In this document: in pieces, positions 14,401-24,700 of the stretch
How positions within the stretch are numbered: position 1 is the first letter of the stretch
Layout: every line of letters begins with the position of its first letter
IMG/VR virus record: IMGVR_UViG_3300035494_000142
DNA: 25,581 nt
Reading direction: 5' to 3' (one strand)
Origin: a virus
Notes under the pieces: model-generated
The model's input: only the letters and a program-made list of their open reading frames with translations
Databases searched by the model: none
Told to the model about the DNA's origin: nothing
Program-made: the position numbers and the translations under genes

Positions 14401-14537
14401 TATTCAAGCTCCTCTGAATTGTTTTTTGGCACAGATTCTTCTGTCTTTTCAACGCGCTCCCACCCAGCAGCAATAAATTTATTAAGCTCTTTTTCTGGGA
14501 TGCTGCGAACACGTCTACCGTCTGTTACTTTAATCAT
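14400..14537 (-). CDS. Small protein, 45 aa (MIKVTDGRRVRSIPEKELNKFIAAGWERVEKTEESVPKNNSEELE)
   Basis: Below the ORF-track cutoff. It fills the gap exactly, with an ATGA overlap upstream and a TAATG overlap downstream. Confidence 0.65.
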   Translation of the reverse strand: MIKVTDGRRVRSIPEKELNKFIAAGWERVEKTEESVPKNNSEELE

Positions 14538-14956
14538 ACATTGCCTCTAGTCTGAATATAATCAACTCTTACAGTCAATATAATCTCACCGTGTGGGTTT
14601 GCTATATCATTATTTACATTAATTTCTTCAACCATTGTTTCAAGAGCAATTCCGCCGCGTGATTGGTCTGCTACAACAGCAACTTCAACCTTTCCTGCGA
14701 TATCGTTACGTAATTCATCAATGTTTGAGCCATTAACATAGCAATGAACAAAATAATCAACACTAGCGCGGTATTCGCTTGACTGAAAACCCATGGAAAA
14801 ATGGGTTCGCGTTTCTGGACCAGTTTCAACTAATACAGCTGGAAACTGGGTGCGAGCAAGCTTCTCAAGTTCAAGTTCTTCTCTTGTTACATATACCGGA
14901 AGTGTTTCTCTAATAGTTTTGACTATATTATCTGCAATTGAGTTTCGTATACTCAT
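14534..14956 (-). CDS. Head-tail joining / tail terminator-type protein, 140 aa
   Basis: Lies between the capsid and tail tube genes. GAGGT RBS. The function is from synteny. Confidence 0.55.
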   Translation of the reverse strand: MSIRNSIADNIVKTIRETLPVYVTREELELEKLARTQFPAVLVETGPETRTHFSMGFQSSEYRASVDYFVHCYVNGSNIDELRNDIAGKVEVAVVADQSRGGIALETMVEEINVNNDIANPHGEIILTVRVDYIQTRGNV

Positions 14957-15372
14957 CTAACTAACCTCAAGGGATTTATTTTAGTTTTTTCTTCTTCGCT
15001 GTAGATACTATCATTGTTGGCGTCGTAATTAACTCCGTCAGCGAGAACTAACTCAAACTCCTCATGAAATCTAGATTTGTAATAATCCATCATCACTGTA
15101 AAGTTGTCAGGATCACTGTCAAACTTTGTCATTTGTGGGAGAATATAATACGACAGTACATGGTATACTGCCGCTCTTGTTAGTTGTGATTCATCTAGGC
15201 GACTTGGATCAAACTCAGTAGTGCTGATCCCACTTTGAGGAAGCCAACGAATGCGTAACATACGAATTATATCTTGTTTAGTGAGCTCAATTTTTGATTC
15301 AAAACTTTCAGCTGAAGCTCCATAATCAAATATACTTGGCTCGTATTCTAATACATCATCAATTGTTAACAT
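14953..15372 (-). CDS. Head-tail connector (gp6-like adaptor), 139 aa
   Basis: First gene after the major capsid. GAGGA RBS. The function is from synteny. Confidence 0.55.
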   Translation of the reverse strand: MLTIDDVLEYEPSIFDYGASAESFESKIELTKQDIIRMLRIRWLPQSGISTTEFDPSRLDESQLTRAAVYHVLSYYILPQMTKFDSDPDNFTVMMDYYKSRFHEEFELVLADGVNYDANNDSIYSEEEKTKINPLRLVR

Positions 15373-15386
15373 TGTTCGTTGTCCTC

Positions 15387-15408
15387 AAAAAGGGGGGATG
15401 AACCCCCC
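15387..15408 (-). terminator. G6-loop-C6 hairpin plus U5 directly after the major capsid gene (probably a partial terminator)
   Basis: The minus strand reads gggggg ttcat cccccc ttttt. Confidence 0.6.
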
Positions 15409-15416
15409 AAGTTAGA

Positions 15417-16265
15417 TTAGATAGTAGCGTCCGCGGTAATAGCAACACCGTATGTAGGCTGAGTAGTTCCGGCACCACATGCAACAGTTGCAACCCATTC
15501 AGTAGCACGTAGACTTGCATCACGCTGAGATTCTAGACGAATATCACGTTTCATTGCAAGACCTAATGCATCACGAGTAAAGACGCCAGCAACAGCATCG
15601 CCGTTAACGTCAATTGGAAGCAAGCTTGACTGGTATACTTTAATACCAAATACTTCAGTAACAAAGCCAGCACGTAGAGCTTCGTTGCCTAGTTCACTTA
15701 CGCTGTTAGCATTAGTTGAGTAACCTGCATCAGCAAGTGATTTAGTTAGGTTGTAAGCTTGGTACGGGTGAACAACAGCAATTAACTCACCAACTGCATT
15801 CTGTGCGCGAAGCTTAGCGTGTGCAGCTAATAGCAAGTCCGGAGTAAGTTCAACACCAGCACCACCAACAGTGTTAGTAAAGTTAGCAAATTCAGCAAAC
15901 ACTAGCTCGTCTACTTTCTCAGCAACAGCACCGCCAATCTGACGACCAACAGATGCATAAACATCATCACCTGCAGATTCAGCCATCAAGTCAGTAACAG
16001 TGGTCATAACACCATATTCGCCAACACTGATATCTACTGAGCTAGCAGTTAGAGCACTGTTAGAAAGGTCAGTACCATCTGCAACAGAAGTAGCACTTAG
16101 TTTACCATAAACTGGTACTTGTACAGTTTTACCTTGTGAACCAGTGATGTCATAAACACGGGCAATTTCAGCGGCAATAGATGCTTCGTTAAATGTGTAT
16201 AGTGCTTCTTGCACTGCGTTTGCGTATAAACCACTTCCAGCGGTTGTATTAAATTCATTAGCCAT
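15417..16265 (-). CDS. Major capsid protein (HK97-fold type), 282 aa
   Basis: Follows the scaffold gene. Ala/Gly/Thr-rich composition and size are typical of this class. A hairpin/terminator follows. Confidence 0.8.
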   Translation of the reverse strand: MANEFNTTAGSGLYANAVQEALYTFNEASIAAEIARVYDITGSQGKTVQVPVYGKLSATSVADGTDLSNSALTASSVDISVGEYGVMTTVTDLMAESAGDDVYASVGRQIGGAVAEKVDELVFAEFANFTNTVGGAGVELTPDLLLAAHAKLRAQNAVGELIAVVHPYQAYNLTKSLADAGYSTNANSVSELGNEALRAGFVTEVFGIKVYQSSLLPIDVNGDAVAGVFTRDALGLAMKRDIRLESQRDASLRATEWVATVACGAGTTQPTYGVAITADATI

Positions 16266-16279
16266 GGATTAAGTTCCTC

Positions 16280-16954
16280 TTATTTTTGTTTAGATTCTTT
16301 CCATTTGCGATATAGATCCCTATGATCTTTTCGCGACATATCAAGTTGTGTAATATCAAGATCGTTAGATTTATTTCTAACTGAAGATTGAGAACCTGTA
16401 CCAGCTGGAGTGGCTGATACGAAGTGAGGGTTTTGTTCTAGAAATTCTTTGACGTAATCAGCAACTGTTAACGGAGTTCCTTCGTCGCTATAACGTACCT
16501 TGTCGCCATCTAGAATTTCTACTTGACCGTCTTCTGTTAAACGAACATTACTTTTTAAAAGCTGAGTTACTTGATCAGGGTTAACTGCTTTATTAGTACT
16601 TGCTGCATTTAATAGAGCACCTTCTACTTTGATACTGTGAATTTCCTTTTGCAGCTGTTGAATAACAGTGTCCTTTTTACTAACAGTATCCTTAAGGATT
16701 TGGTCAAATTCACCTCGCTTCTTTTTTTCCTCCAAGATGCGATTCTCGTCCGCTTCTAGCAATTTGCGATAACGGTCAACATCTACATCACCATATTGTT
16801 TCTCAAACTTTGCACGTTCGCGCTTTACTCGTTCAGTTACAATACGATCCAAGTCTTCTTGTGTAAATGTTTTACTTTCGCTTACTGCTTGATCCTGAGA
16901 TTCAACCGCGGAACTGTCTGTCTCAGTGCTAACCATCTCATTAGATGTAGTCAT
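16280..16954 (-). CDS. Capsid scaffolding protein, 224 aa
   Basis: Highly charged coiled coil. FTQEDLDRIVTERVKRERAKFEKQ resembles the DUF4355-type scaffold motif. It lies immediately upstream of the capsid gene. Confidence 0.75.
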   Translation of the reverse strand: MTTSNEMVSTETDSSAVESQDQAVSESKTFTQEDLDRIVTERVKRERAKFEKQYGDVDVDRYRKLLEADENRILEEKKKRGEFDQILKDTVSKKDTVIQQLQKEIHSIKVEGALLNAASTNKAVNPDQVTQLLKSNVRLTEDGQVEILDGDKVRYSDEGTPLTVADYVKEFLEQNPHFVSATPAGTGSQSSVRNKSNDLDITQLDMSRKDHRDLYRKWKESKQK

Positions 16955-17006
16955 AATTTTATCCTCGTTTTTTTCCTTACTTTTTATTTATTACTTGCGT
17001 TTATTA

Positions 17007-17495
17007 CTATTTTATCTTTAATAGCTTGATACTATGTCTATTTAGCTCCATATCAACTTGGTGGGAAAACCAAATGTTGAGAGCTTTTGTTGGAGCACTT
17101 ATGTATACTTCATCAATTAACATAAGGTCGCGTAAGTTCTTTAAAATCCATGGCTTAGTTTGTTCTGTAACTGTTATTTTAATCCACTTGTATTTGTTTA
17201 ATTTAAATTCATCTAGTGGTTTAAGTGTTGCTGTTACATTTGCCTTTTTTGCATACAAGTCAACTAAGTCTGCCATTATTTCACTGTCGTATATATCACA
17301 TGATTGTTTCCACACAAGTAATTCCACTCCACTAAACGTACCAATTATTGCTCCAAATCCTTTTGGAGCATATTTACTGATAGTAGTTGACGGAACGTGA
17401 TAATGAGCAATATTATTGTGCGTTATATTAAATCTGTTTATTATTTTCCAAAGATTCCCATACGTTGGATCACTCAGTAGTTGATATGTTATCAT
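17007..17495 (-). CDS. Hypothetical 162-aa protein between portal and scaffold (minor head protein or moron)
   Basis: A long ORF on the coding strand, AT-rich by eye, with no SD. Its start overlaps the portal 3' end by 26 nt. Confidence 0.55.
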   Translation of the reverse strand: MITYQLLSDPTYGNLWKIINRFNITHNNIAHYHVPSTTISKYAPKGFGAIIGTFSGVELLVWKQSCDIYDSEIMADLVDLYAKKANVTATLKPLDEFKLNKYKWIKITVTEQTKPWILKNLRDLMLIDEVYISAPTKALNIWFSHQVDMELNRHSIKLLKIK

Positions 17496-18792
17496 AGAAT
17501 AGTAATGTTTTGATTTTGTTTTTAATAAGCAGTGTCATTTCTGGATCATCTGGGAACAGAGACAGTGCTTCTTTTAATTGACGTAATTCTAATTCTGTAT
17601 CGCGTGTACTAAATGTAACCGGGTAGGTAACTTGACCATCAAACGTTTCATTCATCCATCGTGCAAACAATCTCCATATATGTTCTTCAGCAAGTTCTAA
17701 GTTTTTTGATTTTTCAATTAACTTAGCACTAAGAAGTTGGAATTCAGTTTGCATAGCTACGCCGCTTAAATTTCGCTGACTAGTAGCTCGCACTGAACCT
17801 AAGTGTGCCATACGATCAATGCTTGCAAGCTTTTCGTTGATTGAATTAATAATACCGTCAAGACTACCAGCATTTGGTTGAAGTAAGAATGGCACAAGGC
17901 CGGGGTCTAGGTTCTCATCTATTTCAATTATAGCGCCAGCGCCTGCTGCCGCTCGCGTGTTGCTTGTTTTAACCAAGCTTGGGTGATTACTTAGACGAAT
18001 AAGTTGTTCAATTTCAGAGTGTTCATCATATATTGCTCGCTGAACGTCTGCAATATCGTTAATGTCACTCACTCCAATTCCGCGCTCGTCAGTGCGGCTG
18101 TTGTATAAGATAACAATTGGAACAATACCTAGTGGATTTGGGAATGATTCAATAAGTTTGTATTTGTCTGTTTTCTTTCCTTCGTTAACATAATACACTT
18201 GTGTTTCTTCCGGAGTGTATATGCGAACATACATTTCGCCCGGGCCTATCTCTTGTTCAAGAATTTTAACCATTGTCAATTGGTAAGCTCCGTTGAGCTG
18301 TCTTTCAAATTCCCAATCAAGCACGTTAGGTGGCGTTACGATGCTAACATAAGGACGAATACCTTGTTCAAGCTCTTGTGCCCGTGTTGTTGCTGCTGTT
18401 GCTGGTTTGTCAACAATGATCCAAGCAGACCCGTATATAGATGCCAGTACTGACGCATCTCTCATGAATGCATCATATGAGCGGCCGTCTAAGTCAGCAT
18501 CAACGATAAAATCAGCCACAGCACCTAGGTTTTTAATTGATCCTAAGTCTCGTTGTGGTTCTTTTGCAAATAAAAAGCTTGAATACGTGTGAATTATATT
18601 CTTACAGTGGTTATCAAGTGGTGTTTGTTTTTTACGAAGAGTATATTCTTCGTCAGTTTCGTATACGTATCGCGTGAGATAATCGCCTGCTTGGTAGTCT
18701 GCGCCGCCTAGGTAACTATCATTTAAAAACTTCCATCGCTTTCTGTTTTCCTTGTACAAGGGATGGATACTTAAAATATGTTCTGAGTTCAT
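17470..18792 (-). CDS. Portal protein, 440 aa
   Basis: Follows the large terminase directly and has a typical size. GAGAGGA RBS. Confidence 0.8.
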   Translation of the reverse strand: MNSEHILSIHPLYKENRKRWKFLNDSYLGGADYQAGDYLTRYVYETDEEYTLRKKQTPLDNHCKNIIHTYSSFLFAKEPQRDLGSIKNLGAVADFIVDADLDGRSYDAFMRDASVLASIYGSAWIIVDKPATAATTRAQELEQGIRPYVSIVTPPNVLDWEFERQLNGAYQLTMVKILEQEIGPGEMYVRIYTPEETQVYYVNEGKKTDKYKLIESFPNPLGIVPIVILYNSRTDERGIGVSDINDIADVQRAIYDEHSEIEQLIRLSNHPSLVKTSNTRAAAGAGAIIEIDENLDPGLVPFLLQPNAGSLDGIINSINEKLASIDRMAHLGSVRATSQRNLSGVAMQTEFQLLSAKLIEKSKNLELAEEHIWRLFARWMNETFDGQVTYPVTFSTRDTELELRQLKEALSLFPDDPEMTLLIKNKIKTLLFYDNISTTE

Positions 18793-18809
18793 TGCAATGT
18801 TCCTCTCTG

Positions 18810-20051
18810 TTATTTAACTCTAGTTTGAACCTGCCAGCGCGAGGGTTCTGCATTGTCAGTAGTTTGGGTTTTAGTTATTGGGTGTAAGAATTCAATGCAA
18901 TACGTTGCTGCATCAAAAATGTGGTCAAGTCCGGATGATTTATCAACTTGTGTTGTGCCATCTTTGTATTGCAATTTTTCAAATGATTTGATCAAATGAA
19001 CGCATTTTCCATCTACTTTCAATCTGTTTTGCCCGTTTGAATTGAGTAATAAGCTGTTACAACTATTAATGCGATCGCGAATATAAGGGTGCTGGCGACG
19101 AAAACGACACTCAAAACCAGCGTTTTGAAGAATGTTAATATCAGTCTTACTACCTGCAGAAGTTTTTCGTTGAACACCTGCAGGATCTGGGTAAACAATA
19201 ATTCGTTTGTTTGGATATCGTGTTTTAATTTCATCAACCATTTCCTCTGTATTTGATACCGGAATCACAATTTCATCAATTGCGTGAAGTCCGTCTTTTG
19301 TTTGCGCAAAAACAACAGCACTCATTGGGTTGACGTTAAAGTCCATACCAATGTGTAATGTGCGATCATGGCCGTTATAATCACACAAGTAGTCACGTGA
19401 CCAGTTAGGTACACACAACCCTGCCCACTGTTCAAATGTAGCCATAAACTCTTGGTTGAAAACGCGCTGACTCATTGATCGCCTTGCTTCTTCAACTTCT
19501 TCCGGTTTTACATTTCCGCCTTGCAAGGTTGTAAACTGGTATACACCCCATGCTGGATCAGACTGTCGTTCGCGATACAAATCATACGCCCAGTTACCAG
19601 TGCCTTTAGGGGTTCCTAAAAATATTGCGCCGCCTTGTTGGTCAGCAAGTGCAGGGCGTAATACTTCTTCAAATGCATTAGCCGGAATGTCTGCAAATTC
19701 ATCAAGTACTACAAACGACAGAGACGCGCCACGGAGTGAATCTGGGTTGTCTGCTCCTCTTAAACAAATAGATGATCCGTTAACAAGATCAAGCCTTAAA
19801 TCGCTTTCGTCTTTCTTTGCAACCCACTTGAGACCTATTAATATCTCCTTAAGGGGTTTCCAGACGATTTGCTTCGCCATACGATACGTAGGCGCAACAT
19901 ACCAAACTGTTTTATCCGGTTCTTTTGCAGCGTGAGCCAACTCGCGAATTGCAAGGTATGTTTTACCAAAGCGGCGGCCTGCAACAAGTATACGAAAACG
20001 TTTATTGTCTCGCGCAACAATTCTCTGACACTGTGTTAAATTAATCGCCAT
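18810..20051 (-). CDS. terL: Terminase large subunit (start set at MAINLT...; the ORF extends to 20087 only through a TTG)
   Basis: Walker A AGRRFGKT, Walker B FVVLDEF, and a C-terminal nuclease-type region. The ATG at 20051 overlaps the terS stop. Confidence 0.9.
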   Translation of the reverse strand: MAINLTQCQRIVARDNKRFRILVAGRRFGKTYLAIRELAHAAKEPDKTVWYVAPTYRMAKQIVWKPLKEILIGLKWVAKKDESDLRLDLVNGSSICLRGADNPDSLRGASLSFVVLDEFADIPANAFEEVLRPALADQQGGAIFLGTPKGTGNWAYDLYRERQSDPAWGVYQFTTLQGGNVKPEEVEEARRSMSQRVFNQEFMATFEQWAGLCVPNWSRDYLCDYNGHDRTLHIGMDFNVNPMSAVVFAQTKDGLHAIDEIVIPVSNTEEMVDEIKTRYPNKRIIVYPDPAGVQRKTSAGSKTDINILQNAGFECRFRRQHPYIRDRINSCNSLLLNSNGQNRLKVDGKCVHLIKSFEKLQYKDGTTQVDKSSGLDHIFDAATYCIEFLHPITKTQTTDNAEPSRWQVQTRVK

Positions 20052-20490
20052 CTTCTTCGTCGTACTCTGGCTCTGGCCCAACGTCAACAGTTAAATCGTC
20101 TAAGTCTTCGTTCCATGGTAGTGGTTTATTTTCATCACTAGAACGTTCGCCATTGTCACTTTGACCTAGCATTTGCTTACCAAGCCAAACGAGCATAGTC
20201 TTGTCACCGTCCATAGCCGCTTGTAATTGGCGTGCACGAAGTTTCATTTTTGTTCCGGCTTTTGCTTGCGCAATAACATCGCGGTATCTGCGACTAATTG
20301 TAGACTTGTGTACGTTAAAGAACTGAGCCATTTCTTCCATAGAAGCACCTAACTCTGCTAACTTAATTAATTGTTTAAAATCAATTGAAGCACGTGGTGC
20401 TCCCATATTTGGGTTTTTGGTTCGTCTCTCTTCAACGTGTACATCAGCCGGGAGGTCTTCATATGAAGGGCTTAAATCGTTCTCGCTCAT
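20041..20490 (-). CDS. terS: Terminase small subunit, 149 aa
   Basis: HTH-like segment ELGASMEEMAQFFNVHKSTISRRYR, an acidic tail, and a position immediately upstream of terL. AAGGAG RBS. Confidence 0.75.
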   Translation of the reverse strand: MSENDLSPSYEDLPADVHVEERRTKNPNMGAPRASIDFKQLIKLAELGASMEEMAQFFNVHKSTISRRYRDVIAQAKAGTKMKLRARQLQAAMDGDKTMLVWLGKQMLGQSDNGERSSDENKPLPWNEDLDDLTVDVGPEPEYDEEDGD

Positions 20491-20816
20491 TAGATACTCC
20501 TTGCTTTTATTAATACACGGAATTCTCTTGCTTCTGTGTATGTTTCTGTTGTAATAATATTTTTAACAGTATACATTTTACCAATTGTCCCACCTGTTAA
20601 AACAATTGTAGTATACGGACTTATAAATGATTTTGTAACTTGAGCTAGTGGAGCTGCGTCGTCTGGGATTGATTCAATTTCCCATGTACTAGTGATAATT
20701 AATTGATCGGGTGGTAGTACTCCAGCCCAATTTAACGTGTAGTCAAGTGTTGCATCTGGAGATTTCTCAATCCAAACACCTTGCCTGTCTCGTTTAAATC
20801 CTGAAATTTCAAGCAT
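20490..20816 (-). CDS. Hypothetical virion-associated protein, 108 aa
   Basis: Beta-rich sequence (DATLDYTLNW...LTGGTIGKMYTVKN) in the fibre-proximal cluster. AGGA RBS. Confidence 0.6.
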   Translation of the reverse strand: MLEISGFKRDRQGVWIEKSPDATLDYTLNWAGVLPPDQLIITSTWEIESIPDDAAPLAQVTKSFISPYTTIVLTGGTIGKMYTVKNIITTETYTEAREFRVLIKARSI

Positions 20817-20820
20817 AATG

Positions 20821-21063
20821 TTATCCTATGTTGTAGTGGCGAGTTTCTTGTTCAATGTTATAAGTGCGAATTTGCGAACTAACTTCAAACGATCTTGTTT
20901 CTTGCATGATTTTATAAGTGCGTTCGTCGCCCGGGATCACACTTGAAAGTAATGTAATATTAGCATACACTGAAGTTGACGAGCGAATACCTTCACTAAC
21001 GTAGTTTGATTCTACATAATTAGTGTCTACGTATTCAGATGTTTTAAAATATAGTGTAGCCAT
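20821..21063 (-). CDS. Hypothetical protein, 80 aa
   Basis: TGGAG lies 6 nt before the ATG. Tightly packed with its neighbours. Confidence 0.6.
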   Translation of the reverse strand: MATLYFKTSEYVDTNYVESNYVSEGIRSSTSVYANITLLSSVIPGDERTYKIMQETRSFEVSSQIRTYNIEQETRHYNIG

Positions 21064-21066
21064 ATA

Positions 21067-21489
21067 TTACTCCATTGTAATACTCAAATCCCCAGCCAAG
21101 AAGACAACAACGTCAGTGTTTGCGACAGGTCTAGGGTATTCAAGTTCGCCAATGAATAAGCAATTACCACCAGTGCTGCTATCGTATATACCCACGTGGG
21201 TAATTTGACCCCAACTTTCTTGAGCTGGGTTAAAAGTAATATCATTTGTATTAATGATCGCATTTGTTGATGTCCTACTAAATTTATTATTGAGTGGGTT
21301 ATTAATATCAGTAATTAATTGACGCTGATATCCTAGCCCGCTTACTTCTGATGCAAACGGCTGTTCTAAGTCACTAACTGCTAGCAAAAGGCCTAGGTAC
21401 AAGTTCGTGTTGCCTAATACTTTTGGTTCTGCAGGACCTAAAAATAGTTCATTTAAGAACTGTGTTTCTAAATAATTTGTCGCTGACAT
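21067..21489 (-). CDS. Hypothetical fibre-associated virion protein, 140 aa
   Basis: An ORF on the coding strand downstream of the tail fibre. The pattern SGLGYQR...NDITFNPAQESWGQITHVGIYD...GGN is typical of small proteins found next to phage fibres (from memory). Confidence 0.6.
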   Translation of the reverse strand: MSATNYLETQFLNELFLGPAEPKVLGNTNLYLGLLLAVSDLEQPFASEVSGLGYQRQLITDINNPLNNKFSRTSTNAIINTNDITFNPAQESWGQITHVGIYDSSTGGNCLFIGELEYPRPVANTDVVVFLAGDLSITME

Positions 21490-21506
21490 AATGTACCTTA
21501 TTATTT

Positions 21507-21528
21507 AACAAGGGGGGACCCCCTTGTT
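21507..21528. other. GC-core hairpin (aacaagggg...ccccttgtt)
   Basis: A stem of about 9 bp in the 39-nt gap between two minus-strand genes. Confidence 0.5.
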
Positions 21529-21708
21529 TTACATTACAGTGAAAGTAATGTTTTTTGGCAAGCTCACGTTAAGCCATGCATCATATGAACCTGTTGCACA
21601 AACATACGTTGGTGTCACTTCGTTAAGCTCAAAACCAGTATTTTTAAGATTTTGTAAGATCATTGGTAGATGTGCTGGAGTAAAGTTTTCAAGTTTCTTT
21701 TTAGTCAT
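21529..21708 (-). CDS. Small protein, 59 aa (MTKKKLENFTPAHLPMILQNLKNTGFELNEV...)
   Basis: Just below the ORF-track cutoff. Its ATG overlaps the tail fibre stop region, and it fills an otherwise empty 210-nt gap. Confidence 0.55.
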   Translation of the reverse strand: MTKKKLENFTPAHLPMILQNLKNTGFELNEVTPTYVCATGSYDAWLNVSLPKNITFTVM

Positions 21709-24700
21709 AGTGTTGTATATCCCATTCTTTTACAGTAAAGTCAGAACCAAAGTATTCAATTTTAATACGATAAATGTCATATCCAGTAGTTGGGCGCGTT
21801 AAAGTTGCTTTGCGAGTTCCTGTATTATACCAGCTGGGAATATTTGCATAACTCACATACGATGATCCGCCATATGGATTTTGAATTGATCCGTCACGTG
21901 GAGGAGTAATATTGTATACTTCAACACTAGGACTTCCGTGCCACGAAGGAATTTTAATAAACACTTCGTGTGTCCAAGAAATACCAAATCCTTGGTTCCA
22001 AAACATTAACATGCTTTCTGGATTAACTGCCTCTAACCAAGCACCGCTTTCGTAATTAAATGTACTAACAGTAGGTTCAAATTCAGTAATAGTACGGCGG
22101 AATATTGACTTAGTGTTATACTCTGCTAGCTGGTAAAAGGCACTATCGTTGTCATTAAACACATAAGCAGCGTGATAATAATCATGTTGATTAACAGGGA
22201 ATCCCATGAATGTTGCAGCGTTTGACATTGTGAACGTTTGTGATGCACTATTGTGGTTCCAGAAACCATTTGTTGAGTACTGACTTGATTTGTTAACAGT
22301 TGTCCACATACTAAAGTCTGGGTGGTACAAGTTGCAACGGTGTGCATGGTTCACATTAAAATTTGGTGTTGTTGTTGAGCCAATTGGAATGTCGTCAATA
22401 CTAGCACGAATATCATAAACGTTTGATGGCTGTCCGGTTACGCTGTTTGCATCACGCGCTGTACGTAATACAATATTCGCACCGCCTTCGTTTGGTCGCA
22501 CGTGGTAGAATGCTGCGGCTAGGCCTGATCCCGGATCTTTTGCAGTAATGCCAAACGTTGATGTTGTTTGTACTTCTAATGGTACGTCAATTGACACTTT
22601 GTTATTGATTGAATCAGTTAATGTATTACCAGATAAGTCTCCATTGAAGCCGCCGCCGCCTAATTGTGTGTCAACATATTCTTTAGTGACTGCATCAGAG
22701 AGTAACAACGGTGTCCCTAGATTTGTAATGCGGTATCCGCTTGCATTTAAATCGCCGCCCAGTGACGGGGTTGTGTCTTCAGCAACTTCAGTTATTCCGC
22801 TAAGATTAACAGTTTCCCATTGCAGATTACCAACGCCATTAACAGTTAAAAAAGATCCTGCAGGGCCAGCTGGTAGGTCAGTCCAGTTTGTACCGTTGTG
22901 GGTTAACATTGACCCGTTTGTTGGAGTTCCAATATATGCAACGTCAGTTAATGCGCCTAGGTTTGTTGCTTGTGTTCCTGGCTCAAGCCGCTGCACAGAA
23001 GAATTCCAAACAAGGGTCTCACCGTCACTAATGCCTGTTGTTGACACATCAGAGAGTGAATCAATTGATTGCCCAACAATATCCTTAAGGTAGTTTTCTG
23101 ACGCGTGATCACCCCATGAGTAAGCTGTTGACCAGTTTGAAATTTGCGCCGCTGTAATACCACCTGCCGGACTTGCTGTGAAGACTGGATCAGTCTCACT
23201 TGTTAAGTAACCACTTGTTGCGTGATCACCCCATGAGTAAGCTGTATTCCAATTGGTGATGTTTGTACTTGTAATACCACTTGCAGGGCTTGCTGTGAAG
23301 ACTGGGTCAGTTTCGTTGAATGCTGACAATTCAAAATACGTTGTGCCGCTCCAACGATATGCTTTATTTGTATCAGTTGTTACGTAAATCTTGCCTACTT
23401 CCCCTACAGCTGGAAGTGTAGCATAAGACGAAGCTTCAATTACATCATCAACATACGAAGGAAGTTGCCCAGCTGGAACTTTTCCAGCACTGTCTAAGCC
23501 AGCAATACCGTTTGGTTGCCCAATATTGGATTGTAAAGCATAGCCCGCTGTTGAATGATCACCCCATGAGTAAGCTGTGTTCCAATTAGTGATGTTTGTA
23601 CTTGTAATACTACCAGCTGGGCTTGCTGTGAATATTGGGTCAGTTTCACTTGTTAAGTAACCACTTGTTGAATGATCACCCCATGAGTAAGCTGTGTTCC
23701 AGTTACCAATATTAGTATTAGTAATTGTATAAGATGGACTTGCTGTAAAGATTGGATCAGTTTCGTTAACTGTGGTGTTACCTGGTTCAAACTGGCCTGT
23801 TATATCATTGTATTGCAATACTTGGCCATTAGTAATACCGGCTGTGTTAACATCACTTAATGTATTGATTGACTGTGAAGAAATGTCAGTCAAATAACCA
23901 ACATCATTTGCAAATGCAGAAATATTTCCGGGGGTTACGTAACTTATAACACCAGTGTTTGGGTCATATGAAATATCACCGCTTGCGCTAATCGCATCCC
24001 GGGCACGGCTATTAGTGTAATATAGGTTATCACCTTCAACTAAATCGCTAGTTGTTTTTAATACAAAGCTTTGATCAAACAGTGCAGTATAAGCAGTGTT
24101 AACCCAAACATTGTTAGTACTATCCCAGCGTATAACGTCATTGCTTTGTGGGGATTCTGCAGATACGTCATCAAGGTTAGTAAAATCAGCCGATGTTTTA
24201 ACTTGGACAAATACTTGCCCAACAGTACCATGGCTGCGAACAACAAAGCCAACTAACACTGATTTACTTGGAAACTGCGGGCGCGTTGATGTAAATTGTC
24301 CCGGGGTTTCACTTAACCAAAGAACAGTGCCTTCCGGATATGCTAGTGTATTAACATCGCGAACAATACCAGCTGTTGTAACAAATCCAGTTTGGTTGTT
24401 AGCGATTTCTTGTGTTGCAATCGCAATTGTTGTATCACTTGATACATTAAACAGCGCTGAAGCTGGTTCAACAGTAAGTGTTTGACTAGATGCGCCAACA
24501 ACACGAACAACTGCGCCATTTGGTATAGTTGCACCTGTGACGTTTCTTACTTTTATTAATAGCTCTTGACCAACGTCTAGCGTGACTTCGTTATTCAATC
24601 CAATTGATATACAGGTGTGATCCGGATTCCACACCATTCTACCTGGAATTGGGAGTGTTGAAGTGTTTTGGTTTAAATCTACGTAATCAACTGTTGCAAC

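Noticed and set aside
22548-23093. A 181-aa plus-strand ORF opposite the tail fibre
   Set aside because: It is an antisense shadow ORF within a clearly coding repeat-containing gene, with no RBS.
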